DNA from: Lingula anatina
Taxonomy: Eukaryota > Animalia > Brachiopoda
Direction: 5' to 3'
DNA length: 64,000 nt
NCBI GenBank assembly: GCA_051362555.1
Contig: CM120647.1
Location: 4,774,001-4,838,000 of the forward strand
Under the pieces are notes generated by a model, which saw only the letters and a list, made by a program, of their open reading frames with translations, made no database searches and was not told the origin of the DNA. The position numbers and the translations under genes are program-made. This document shows, in pieces, positions 24,180 through 36,511 of the stretch; positions within the stretch are counted from its first letter, which is position 1; every line of letters starts with the position of its first letter.

Positions 24180-27100
24180 TGTGAAAGGAATGTATGTCCC
24201 CCAGGAACGAAGGTCCTACGGAAAACATGTCCTATGGACGTGCGTTCCCTAGGATGTGCTGTTCTACCCGGACCTAGATTCCCAGCTGTATTTATACGCA
24301 GCTAGGACACATGTATTCCTGTCGGAAATAATTTCCTTTCACATATACACAGAAACGCAAGTCCTACATAATAAATACCCCTACAATACTTATAAACGCG
24401 AGGCCATAAGTATCGGTAATTTTCAGTTGACTGCTTCCACACAGGTTCATGAGTAAACGGCTTGATACAATAACCAATAGCGAAAAGAAACGTTAGTGAG
24501 TTCGAATCCCCAGCAGCGATGTTACTCTCTTTATGCAAATGTTATCCCAATTTATTCCCCTCTTCAACGAACTAAAAGCACTTTATGTTGTTATACAATT
24601 TAGATTATTTTGATGAGGTGAAATTTTGAATCATTTAAATGTTTGATATAAATATCATTTTTTTAAAGTTGAGCTATTTTAGATTTCTTTCATAAACTCG
24701 AGGTAGACTATACAAGGCCGTGGCCGAATTTTATTGGATAAGTGGACATATAAGAGCCGATGCTTCCTACTTTCACCTGAAAATACAAAGAAATAAAATT
24801 TATGTCATCGAGAAGTGTTCAACACGTACTTCTAAGTGTATATATCGCGAGAGGGTGGCAGTGTATTATTTCACACACTCGTATTTCATCGAAAAAAAAA
24901 AACTGTAAGACGTGAAGTGTGATGTGTATAAAGGACAAAATACATTGGTTAGAAATGGGCACCAGTCAAACTCTAAATCTGTGTACCCCCAGACAATTGT
25001 ATGTGGATGGCCGATTAATAACAATTAAAGTCATAATAACTCTTCGTTTTGGCCAAAAATTGGATTTTCCTGGAAAAAAAAGGCAATTTTCCCGTACTTA
25101 CCAATGGTCAACGACCCCAATCCTGCATTCAAAGTTAATCCAGGGTTTTTTCCTAAACGTACGGTTCTTTGTTAAAATCTCTTAAGAGATTTTAACTGAC
25201 TGAGCTCTCTCTGACATTGCATAGTCACTGGTGACCTACTTAAAACCGCGGGAAAAGCAGACAACAATAACACTATATAACAATAATATAAGATTCATGA
25301 GATATATTCGTCTTTTCGTTAAAAATGCATTTATATCCACAATGCGTGCCATTCTGGGATTTTCGCTATGCTATCCGACGCACTGTACAAAAACTCGCAA
25401 CTTACGTCTGCGTCTGTAAAGCCTCTCTTCTGGTCCTAAAATCAAGTTCGGTCCCTTGGTTCTAAACTGTTTACCAGAGGCTCTGTTCTGGTCCTACACC
25501 TGCTAATGTCCATCATGACGTGTTCTAACGTGTTCCCCAAACGTGTCCTTGGCTGACTCTATTATGGTCTCCAATATTTGAGGTTTAAAACTTTGAGAGG
25601 CTACCAAAAAACGTACGTAGACTGAATGTTGGAAAGAAATGCATTTCAATTATTTAAATTGTATTATATTTGCTATAATATATTCTCAGATTTTTTAAAG
25701 AACACTTATGTTTTGCTGCGTGACTACCTTTAGGATGCCTAATACTTCTGAAATGTTTATGGCGTTCTCTGCTTCTTGTTTTCAAGACAGTTACATTCGT
25801 GGGTGATTGTGTGCATGTGTGTGTGTGTGGAGTGGGGGTGTACTCACTCACTCACTCGTTCTTTATTCCGTTTCAAGTTAGTATAAGCTCTTATTTTCAT
25901 ATGGACGCGTTTATTCCTGTGAATTTCCTAAATGTCCACTGGACTGTCAAGAACTATAGTGATTCAGAGCTTATATAGGCACAGTATAATGGTTTTTTAC
26001 TACATACGTTTTATAAATCTATTAATACTGCAATTTATGTAAAGAGCTCCCTATGAAGGATAGTCTAGCTACTTTATTCATTCACGCATTTTGTTTCAGA
26101 ATTTTTTTTTTTTTTTTCAATTTTCAGGATTTAGGGTATAGGTATGGTCACTATAAAAATACCAAAATGTAGGCGTTTTGTGCAAGTAGTAGAAATGGAT
26201 TATATTATTTTCGAATCAGCGGATCTAAAATAAACGCGCAATATATTCGTATTTATAGCCTGTTCGACTGCATTTAAACTAAGACGCAAGTGAAGATAAT
26301 GTGCGTTTGATTGACGGGTCTGGTTTAGAGATGAGCTGTATACCTTGTTGGTATTTATACCTAGGCTTTCACAAGCTATATATCCCATATCATTCGGATA
26401 ATGTTCAAGTGATGTTTTGCTACTGGATGACAACTTACATGTAGCATCCCAATTGTATTGCTTTAGGAGCGTACAGTTAAGGGAATATCATGAAATCCCA
26501 GTGATCTGACCAAAGTAAATTTGAGGGACTAATGGTAGAGGAAAGATCCAGTATAACTACGTAGTATAAGTATGCATACCAATGCAATTTACTGTTACAC
26601 AACGCCGTTCTCCCTTGGACAAAATTAAAGGCTAACATCCCCGTTTCAATTTACCACTTCAAGGGAAAGATTCAAAAGAGCGCCAATACTAATTAGAGCT
26701 TTTAAGCAGATTGTTGGAAGATTGTGTTAATTCGTTACATCTAAGCTTTGTCAGGGATTAATTTTTGGTTGGGGTATGGTTTATGTTTAGTTTAGTTTAG
26801 TTTATTTCACTGTAACATATGCATCCACTTGTGTGGATGAAAATGACAATATGAATACAATTTATGTGTCAATTATAATTGGAATGCCTTTGATAATTTT
26901 ATAACCAAGACTTATGGAATAAAATACTGTAATTTGCTATGTTTTATAATTATGTTTGAGGACTCGCACCAGACACGGGCATTTAATTATATATTATTTT
27001 CAGTTTATATAAAAGTTACCTAAGTCACCAGTGTATGAAATTCAAGGAAATTACTAGCCAGACCGCCGGGCAGGTAACTCTGAAAAGTTACCAGCCCGGC

Positions 27101-30100
27101 CATGTAGTTACCTGCCCTATTTATGATAACCCCTAGAGTTAAGAGAGGTATGCTGAGGGGGTCTAGAATGCATTCTTGGGAGAGTAATTTGGAAATGAAA
27201 GGGCAATATCATGCCTTATGCATGGAAATTTAGAGATTGTTTGGAATTTCTACTGAATGATACCTTGTCAGGGGTTCAAGGGGCTCCTGACGCCCCCCTT
27301 TTAATTTCTGTAAAAAAAAACTCACCTCTTGAAATAAGATTTTCACCAGTTGAACCATAGTTCTAAACCATACCAAATGGCACCATTCACCATCTAAAAT
27401 ACCAAAAATTTTCAGGGCCCTTTAGCAGTCGGGGGAGGGCGGGGGTAGTCAATTCAGTTTATGTTCACCTTGCAGGCTGTCTCATTTCTTTGTCAATAAT
27501 TTATTCATAACTTTTATTCCGATTTCGTGAGATAATTTGATAATAATTTTTGCTTTTTTATGTAGCAACAAGTATGACCAAAAATATATATATTGTTGTC
27601 AAATAAATCGATCTCTGTGCTAACAATAAAGAAGAAAAAATTTAGCACGTAGGGTCCCTTTGATGAATATAGCTTTTAAGCTTTAAAAAGCGGTCGGGAA
27701 CGGTCCTGCACGCTAATGGCCCATAGACAGTCCTGCAGGGCCCCGTATCTCGAAAGCATTGCTTATTGAGAATAGCTATATATATCACATAGAGGCTACA
27801 ATATCATTTTTATATGGGGCGAGTATGGACGAGTTATTGGATGGAGATGCTTGCGCTCGGTCGCAATGCGTGATACTTTCGAGTTACGGTTTTACGAAAA
27901 AAAATGTTGCCGCTCGACTAATTGCAAATCGAAGTCACCTTTCCATTGGTCCCAATTTGTTCTCTTTCGTTTGGTTCTGTCGTTATCTTTGTAAGTTTTA
28001 TTTCTTTCCTCAATTGTTTTTCTTTTGTGAACTTCTCTATCGGACTTGATAGAATTTTTTCTTTTTTGACAGCCCAAGATGAAAGCACGTGGGAAAAGAA
28101 CTACATCTGACGCACGGCGTAAACTCGTACGTTCACTCATAATTTTGGGATTCAAATTTTTTGTAAAATTCTCCTTTTATTTGCCTCCATTGCCTTTATT
28201 ACTGTTGATTATAAGCACTTCATGTACCTATAAGTCGATTCAATCAATATCATAACTTTTTATACTTTCACATTTTTATTACTCTCAACCTACAAATTGC
28301 TACTCGCGGTATCTCCTCTACACAAAACAATGACGTAACGTTATCTGCTGTGCACTGAAGCTGGTTAAGAACATTGTGCCTCGTTTCAAATTGTCTTTCA
28401 ACTTCATATCACACAGACAGAACTTCGAAAACGAGGCCACTGAGAGGGAGACTGTTGGTTACATTTCGATACATTTACGAACACTGTAAAATACCCTTTC
28501 TCAAATTAATATAATGTTCACACATTTCTGTAAATATCCTGAATTGAAATACTAATTTTAAATGTCAGATTTATGACGAGGGAGAGAGAGGTCAAGACAT
28601 TCTGTAAATGTCCCGAACTAGGGGAGAGTGTTATAAACTAAACACATCTTGGCAATAATCCGTAGCCAATTAGACTGCTGAGTGGTTTACTTATTATGAT
28701 CAACATTATTGTTTATATTTTTATTAATATCAAACAATTTTACTGTTTGCAGGTATACCTGTTTGGAACCTGTACTCTGCGCAATGGTGCAAAGTAGTGA
28801 TATTGTAAAATCCTGCAATAAAATTTTCTTCAAATATTAAATTTTTTTAAATGGTTGAATACAACATTAGTAATAGAACAGTAATAGAATTCAGTATAAT
28901 GATACTGAATTGTTGTAAAGACATATAGGAAGCAGGGTTACCATATATGCTCGGAATTTTGTCGGAGAGGGGAATTTCTCGAGTTTGTTCACTGTCTTGT
29001 GAAGCCATATTTTGTAGCCTGAGATGCCGTATCCGTTACTTCGTGACCTGACCTGTCAAAAGCACGTCTGGGCGCTCTTTTCATCTTTCAATTCTTCCAC
29101 ATCAATCAGGATACGGAGTATCAATTACAAGTGCCCGGGGAGGGGGGGGGAGGAAGAGGGAGCATGAAGGGAATATATAACTATAAGTAGTATCCTTGCG
29201 ACACTAGGTTACTCTGCAATTTATATCTTTCCATTTATGCTGTGAAATAATAGCCAGATAGTCCGTTGATCTCGCGAATCAACCAAATGTCCGTTAGTTG
29301 AGTTGCTTAACTGCAAGTAATTAATCCCCTCCCCTCCCCCGAAAGTCATACTGGCAGGTTTCCAAATGAAGACTATACCGCAGAAAAAGTTTGGGGCCCA
29401 AAAGAGAGTCAGCCAAGGACACGTTTGGGGAACACGTTAGAATACGTCATGATGGACATTAACAGGTGTAGGACCAGAACAGAGCCTCTGGTAAACAGTT
29501 TAGAACCAAGGGACCGAACTTGATTTGAAGACCAGAAGAGAGGCTTTACATGCGTCTGCATTAATGCGTTTCGCGCCATGTTATTTTGGTCTCGAATGAA
29601 CGCGAGAATCCGCGTGACACCCTTACGTCATTAGCAACGGATGCCTTGACGACCGGGAAGAAAGGCATCGAAAGCCCTATTGACAAGCACAGATTTTAGT
29701 TTTACTACAATAACGGCCGTTTTAGTGGTAAAATACAATATAATATATTCCCATGCTTTGTTTACAATGTATTTCTTGCCGAATTTTGAATCTCAAGGAA
29801 GAGTTATTATTGCTTTAAGGCATTTATGTTACACGAAGAGGCCGACATATTTCAGAAGGTGCATTGACTGGCGCGAATCTCATATTTTTCATATTTTGAT
29901 ATTTCATTTGAATTGAAATATGAAATAAAATGGAAAAAAATTATATTATATTATAAATCTAATATTAATTTGTAGTCATTTTTTGTTTATTTAAAATATC
30001 TTAAGTTAGGCGAATAAATTGTGTTTAGGGACACATGTATACAAATAATTTAAAAAACGTATTACATAATTAAACATCACGTTTGAAATTTCTAAAATTA

Positions 30101-30317
30101 GCACCTCGTCCATATGAAAATATCAGAGGACGTCTATTACTAGTCTAGCCGGGAATATATGTCCGACTAGGACATCGATACCTGTCTGCAGGACTTAAAA
30201 TACTAAGTAATGGGTGTCCACTGGACTTTAAATCCCAGGAAATTATGCCCTAGGACATGTGTTCCTAGGAATGGAAGACCCAGGACATGCATTCCCAGGA
30301 CTTCCGTTCCCTTCACA
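24180..30317. mobile_element. Ginger-like non-autonomous DNA transposon (6.1 kb), copy-B specific
   Basis: Termini TGTGAAAGGAA ... TTCCCTTCACA. 4-bp flanks CCGA/CCGG versus a single ACGG at the empty site ~4500. Subterminal CCTAGGA/CCCAGGA repeats at both ends. Confidence 0.7.
25415..29550. mobile_element. Nested TGT..ACA element with ~150-bp TIRs and 6-bp TSD
   Basis: 25415-~25560 is the reverse complement of ~29405-29550. Exact TSD TGCGTC on both sides. Confidence 0.85.
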
Positions 30318-30793
30318 CCGGCGTCCCACATGCTAGGGTCAGTCTGAAGTAACGGGTTGAGTTAGAGGGCGAATATCACAGGTATAAAGTAACATTGAAC
30401 GGGCTACTATTCCTTTACTCGGAGTCAGCTACCGCTGTTCCTGTCACATTATGTATGAATGTGTTCAAATAAGCCAACCGTACGATCCGATCAAAATGCC
30501 ACATTTTATTATTTACCAATGTATGATCATAACCCTTCACACATCGACAGAAATTTGCGTTTTGAAATAATACACTGTCCAAAGCAATGTGCCCAATAAT
30601 TTCTTCTGAAAATTGAATCTACCAACATTTATGAAATCATCAAATGTTAACTATCCTGTCAGCAAGAAAAAAAAAAAAAAAAAACGCATCGAAGTCCTGG
30701 TAACATGCGCCAATAGCTGTGGCTGAGCATCGAGTTGATCCTATGTCCTTTTGACTGTCTTAAATGATTGACGGGTATTGTGATATCTGGCTT

Positions 30794-31199
30794 TTAAGAA
30801 GGTGCGAACGAACTACAGACGTACGTATTTGTCTGGCTTGTAAAAAAGCTTACTATAAAGCCCCATACTTGGACAGCAGGTGTGCACGCCACTGTTGGCG
30901 TCCAGCGTTTTTGCCTCGATTTGGAGTCACCGACGGAAGAGATCTCCGGCCCAAGAGCAGTCTCTGATTCGCTTCTTGTTTTCCTGGATACAGACGCAGT
31001 TATCGGGGCACCATGATCTTCTTTTATCGCTTCAGATGGGATAGAAACTGCAGAAAAGGAAAACAAAACAAAGAGTGAAAATAATGCTGCATGGAGGAGA
31101 TCTCGTGTGGCTGATGAGATCTCGCGTGGTTGAGGAGGTAAACCGACGTTTTGTTGATACAGGATATCAACAATAGGTGAAAATAGTTTGAAATCTCCA

Positions 31200-31242
<43 letters not shown>

Positions 31243-33393
31243 TTCGTCCCCGTCATGGTGAAATAAACTTTTCGCTATGACATACACTGTATAGGCTTTA
31301 ACCTTGTGAATGTGCCATGGATTCGCTGAAAGTGTTTCCAATCATTTTTTGAAAAAAAAAAAACAAACAAACTGATTAAAAAAAAAAAGAACAATCAGGG
31401 GAAGAAAAGTATGCTGTATTTTGAAATACTACCATTTTACCTACAGCATGCAAAGAACATCTCACACGTAATTGTCATCCAATCCCCATTGTTATATATA
31501 GGTAGTCTTATTATGAGTGAACCTGGGCTCGGAATCTCGAAAGGTTCGCTATGTTGCGCACGCGCTATAGCATAGCTAGCGTGCGCTATTTGCTAGTGCG
31601 ATTGCACCCACCTGCTATCTCGAAGCCTTAGCAGACGCAACGCAATTATAACCTCAAACTCTACTAATATTCGATTGCCGCATTAAGTGAAGACGTCATA
31701 ACACAATTACACAAAATGCAATTTTTTTCACCATGACGCAAATCAAGAGGTTGTTTTTATTTATAGGAATTACAAATACTGATATTTGAAGTATTTGACA
31801 CCAATAAAATGTCAAAAAACAATTCAATAAGCGAAGCTTGGACTGACACAATTACTGACACAATGGTGAGTAGTGTTCAGTCTCACAATAATAGACATTG
31901 AGGAAGGTCACGGTGCGGCCGAATGCTTTGTTTCTGCTTTTTCATTTTGTGTGGAAAATGACACTTTTAAATTTATTATTATTATCAATAGACTACACAG
32001 ATGAATGAAATTCACCAGAAAATATAAAATGATGTATGAAATGTTTAATTTTGAAATTTTTCTGCATAATAAAATATGACTTTGGCATTCTTCACGTGAA
32101 TATTTACCGCAAGTTTTTCTATCAGAGGTACCAGTGATTCAATCAATTAAAAGCTTCCATGTTTTTGTTATATGTTTTATTATATGCTATTATGACTAGC
32201 AACCCAAACTTGCCACCATGTTTAATTACATGAAAGACACATTAAAATGACGAATTTTGCATACGCAGAGGCCTTTGCGATCAGTTTGATACGCCGCAAA
32301 TAATAGCCTCGAAACTAATGGCGATTTGGACATTAGCGCACGGCCGGGATTTGCGAAGCTACGGGATAGCGCACGCTGGCCATGCTAGAGCGTGTGCGCA
32401 ACATAGCGAACCTTTCGAGATTCCGAGCCCTGAGTGTCTTCATGCGTACCTTCCCGTTTGCGTCTTCCAGGGAACCCTCCAGAAAATATCGACGGTGCCC
32501 CGATTCCCACGACGGCGCAAGTGTTTCCCGTGCAGGTCCACACCGGGACTTGAAAGCTGAATTCAACAGTAAGCTGACACACAAACACAACAACGGGCTG
32601 GAAAAGAAACGCATGAACTAAATAGCGATCAAATCAAATTTATGCATTGGTCTTAAAACCCCTTTATAATGGACGGCGTTCTTTTTGCGCGCTTTGTGCG
32701 TATTGCCTTGGTTGCAACATAAATGCTTAATGATGGCACAACTGTCGGCACGTAATTAAGAAATTATTAGTATTTTTTTTTACTCTCAAACCGGGCTGTA
32801 CTACGATACGCAGAAAGGGCGCCGCCCAGCGTGAAGAGGAATGGGGGGGGGGGGTAATAAAATATTATGTGTTGATAATGCATGAGCTGAGAGGAGCTGC
32901 TGTAATTCCATTAGTGTTTATTTATTTTATGGTTTACTGCCGATCTTGCCGTTGATAAGACTGAACAATATTTGCTCAATCCAGACGTGGGAAATCGATA
33001 AGGTGGTGAGTGAGTTCCATCGACTTTCACTCTTCTTCTACAATAAAAGTTATTTTTTAAGTTCTGAAAAAAAAGGCGCTTAAAAAAGGTTGCGCACCTT
33101 GTAAGGCAAACGAAAACGGGTTCGAGTGTACAGTTGCATGAATACATGTAGCAAACCGTGTGCAACAGTTTTGTGATTGTGATTCTGTGTGCATGATGTT
33201 GATAACTGTGCTAACATACCAACAGAAATTCAACTAAGGAAGTTTCCAATCCGAAACCGCTCAAACCAACGCAGTCGGCTGACCTGTTACTGCAGTCTTG
33301 GTCGGTCGTGCAGGATGTTCCGGCAACTATAATACAAATAATAGTAATAAATAATCGAGCACAGAAAAGTTTTACATTAAAATGCTCTCTAAG

Positions 33394-33473
<80 letters not shown>

Positions 33474-36241
33474 AAAGAAAAAGAAGAACAGCAACTTTCT
33501 TGCCCCGACCGGTTTCTTTCTTTCTTCAGGGGGTTTTGTTTATTTGTTACTAGGTGATGTCATAAAGGCTTAAATGTGACGTCTTTAACAATGAGTGTTT
33601 AATTGTTACTTTTACCAATGCTTTTATCTATTCAATGTAGGTTTATACTTATTAATGAATAGATTTTCTTTTATTTCCCTTTCTGTTTGGGTTGTTTCCC
33701 TGGTGAATTTATAAAATGAGAATACCGTAAAATCCTTGTTTTTGTTCATAGGGCATTCCCTAATGTGCCCACTCACAGACGTGCACTGATATTTAGGTTG
33801 TCTTATTTGTTGTCTGTGAACGGTCATTCTATGTCGGAGAGTGTCTCCAGTTTGTCCTATATAGTTCTCACCGCATCCACTGCAAGTTAATACATAGATT
33901 AAATTTGAGCTGGTGCAGGTGAATGGGTGTTTGATTCTGAATGTAAGTCCATTTTTAAATGTTATATGGCCCCCCTCTTTAATTAGTGGACAGGTGCCAC
34001 ACCTGGGTACCTCACATTTCTGTACTCGTATTGTTGAGGTTTCCACATATGTCCTGGAATTGTTTTCAAATTTTGCTTTTGTTAAAATTTGCTTTAGTGA
34101 TGGACTTTGTCTCTTACTCTTTATAATCTGCATTTCGGTTAGTATCTCATTCATTTTGTCATCTTGTTTTACCAAAGGTAAGTTTCCAGTTATGACCTTA
34201 TGTATTTCCGGATTTTTTGGATTATATGTTGATATGTACGGTATGGCTTCCTTTTTAATTTGAATTTTGTCTTTGGTGGTCCTCAGGTCGTTCTTCGGTA
34301 TCTGTTTTGCCTTTTTAATCCCAGTTTGTATCAGTTGTCCTGGGTATTGTCTCCTTAATAGGAATCCTTCCAGCTCTTTGAGCCTTTGTTTTAATGTGGT
34401 TTCATTTGAGACAATTGTGCATAGTCTTCGAGCTAGATTGTATGGTATGTTGTGCTTAATGTGCCTGGGATGACACGAGTTAAAAGGGAGATATTGTTTT
34501 GTGTCTGTTGTTTTGTAATACACATCTGTCTCAATTTTTCCTTTTACACTCATTACCATAACATCGAGGAATGGGAGTTGTGTTGAACTTGAATCCATCG
34601 TAAAATGTAAAGAGGGATGTAGGTTGTTGAGGATCAGGTTGAAATCTTCCAATTCATTTTCTGTTTTGTCCCAAATTATAAAACAGTCATCAAGGAAACG
34701 TTTCCATGTGTTTTCTAATTGATTCCTAAATTCGACTCCAAACCGTTCTTCGCATCTTTTGTAAAGGCCTTTTTCGATGTATCCTAAGACAAGTGTAGTG
34801 TAAGTGGGGGCTACTTTTGTACCCATTGCATTATATATATATATTAAATCAACAATGTAGTGCTATACAATATACATTAGCAAGAAAATAATAAAATACA
34901 AGTAAAATCCTGTGAAACGTTTGTTATGTGCAGAGAAGAATGAACGTTAGGTGTAACTTATGTTATGTTTATCTTGAGCCCCCGCGTAAACCTTTTAATT
35001 TACACGCAATTTCACAATTTAGTTTAACCCATTTAAATTAAATTAAAATAAGAGATTTGTTTATCTCCACTCTGGTGTTGGACGTATCTTTTTTTTTTTT
35101 TTACATCAGTCTATATTTCGTGTCATAAGGAATGAGAACATGAAACAAGATTTCAACTCCAAGATATACCAGGGTATGCGAAAGGGTCTCCCCCAAGTAA
35201 CCAAATTACGAAATGCCTGTTAATTTTTAGAAAAAACATCACTGTCATATTTTCCGGCCTTAATCAGCAAGTTACATGGAAACCATAGTTCTACGCATAA
35301 TTCGGACTACTTAGCCCCCTAATTCCCAGTGTCTATGCATTCCAAGAACCCCATAAGAATTTACAAAAATAGAAGTAGAAAAATAAAAACAGATATTGTG
35401 GAATTTGCACATTCTTCTTGAACAGTACGAATGTTTTCAAGAAACATCTACAATTTAAAACTAATGACTTAGGAATATTTACATTTCCCAACCTTTGAGG
35501 CACTCTCGAAATAAATACAGTAGCGATTGCGACTTCCACTCATAACAGTGTAAAGTAAATATAACTATAAAAATGCCAAAAATCACTCACTAGTTTGACA
35601 TGTTCCATTCACCAAGGGGTAAGCTGTCAAAGGACAGAGACACAACTGGTTGGAGCCGGTGAAGATCGAGAACAGCGGGTTTCGTGTGCACAGCGTATTG
35701 TCCCCACAAGCCAGTGGCGGGAAAATAGCGGCCGATGAACAAGCACTGAAGAGACTTGTGCTGTTATCGCTTGTATAACCTGGAAATATAATGATGTACC
35801 TTTATCTGCAGTAATTATAACGGCATTCAATTATCTGCACAGTAGGTACTTCGAAATATAAACGTAACTGGGAATTGCGATGTTCTTTATATTTGGTTTT
35901 AAAAAATCGGTTTATTTCACCCAAACCACGAACATTTTTAAACCGGATAATGGATTTGCGATTGTCGTTATTAACATCTGAAACGTGGTGCATGAGATAT
36001 GCTCAGACCAAAGTCAACATCATGAGCTGTATCCCCAAAAATAAATAACACTCTTAAAAACAGGCTCTGGTCACTGTAGAAACACAGCTTTCAGTTTCGT
36101 CATTACGCGACACAATTTGAGTATCAGATTTTTTATTTTCTGTATCGTGGTGCTTATGAGTAATGGTGGTGAAAGCGAATAGCGTGTGGGTATTCCACTG
36201 ATCTTACCAGCAATAGGAGGTATAGTGACAGCCATGGCCAT
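30794..36241 (-). CDS. Uncharacterised Cys-rich precursor-like protein with three furin-type sites, copy B (243 aa)
   Basis: Exons 36208-36241(ATG), 35591-35779, 33220-33326, 32450-32597, 30794-31047, all GT-AG and phase-matched (1,1,0,1). Translation: MAMAVTIPPIAGYTSDNSTSLFSACSSAAIFPPLACGDNTLCTRNPLFSIFTGSNQLCLCPLTAYPLVNGTCQTIAGTSCTTDQDCSNRSADCVGLSGFGLETSLVEFLLPVVVFVCQLTVEFSFQVPVWTCTGNTCAVVGIGAPSIFSGGFPGRRKREVSIPSEAIKEDHGAPITASVSRKTRSESETALGPEISSVGDSKSRQKRWTPTVACTPAVQVWGFIVSFFTSQTNTYVCSSFAPS. A putative non-coding first exon ends at donor 36427. Confidence 0.75.
31526..32429. mobile_element. ~900-bp MITE with CTG target duplication, copy-B specific (intron of the Cys-rich gene)
   Basis: TIR GGCTCGGAATCTCGAAAGGTTCGCTATGTTGCGCAC and its reverse complement. 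CTG on both sides; single CTG at the empty site ~6965. Confidence 0.85.
33471..34830 (-). mobile_element. 5'-truncated Penelope-like retroelement (RT C-terminal half + GIY-YIG endonuclease)
   Basis: 400-aa ORF 33624-34826: AMGTKVAP, WKRFLDDCF, LPFLDV, SCHPRH, NLIYVLTC..CGENYIGQTG..LRHRMTVHR, YKPTLN. Inserted in a (TA)n tract that is uninterrupted in copy A (8341-8404). Confidence 0.93.
33503..33533 (-). ncRNA. Degenerate/minimal hammerhead motif at the Penelope 3' end
   Basis: cccc-CUGAAGA-aagaaa-GAA-ACCGGU-C-gggg: core and stems I/III are present, stem II is unpaired. Confidence 0.55.
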
Positions 36242-36426
36242 TGTTGATCTGAAAAAAAAAAAAAAAAAAAAAACCAAAAAAAATTACGCTGCATATAAAC
36301 AATACAAACATTCAACAATAAAACGAAAACGATGACAATTTTAGTGTTATCATTATCTTTCAAAAACCCGGTGTGTTTTTAACTGTACTTGTACCGTGAT
36401 GTATTGTCAAAAAATCTTCCACTTAC

Positions 36427-36511
36427 TTGTTAGCAGCCCTGCTGGCGAGTATATCCCTTTGTTTTGTTTGCTTCCTGAAGTCGTTTTTCCAGAGACACGC
36501 TAGCTTAAATA
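36427..36511 (-). promoter_or_regulatory. Putative TATA-like box and non-coding first exon of Cys-rich gene copy B
   Basis: TATTTAAG at 36504-36511 and donor gtaagt at 36427; near-identical to copy A. Confidence 0.45.

Noticed and set aside
24490-24520. tRNA/SINE B-box-like GTTCGAATCCC
   Set aside because: No A-box or cloverleaf could be formed.
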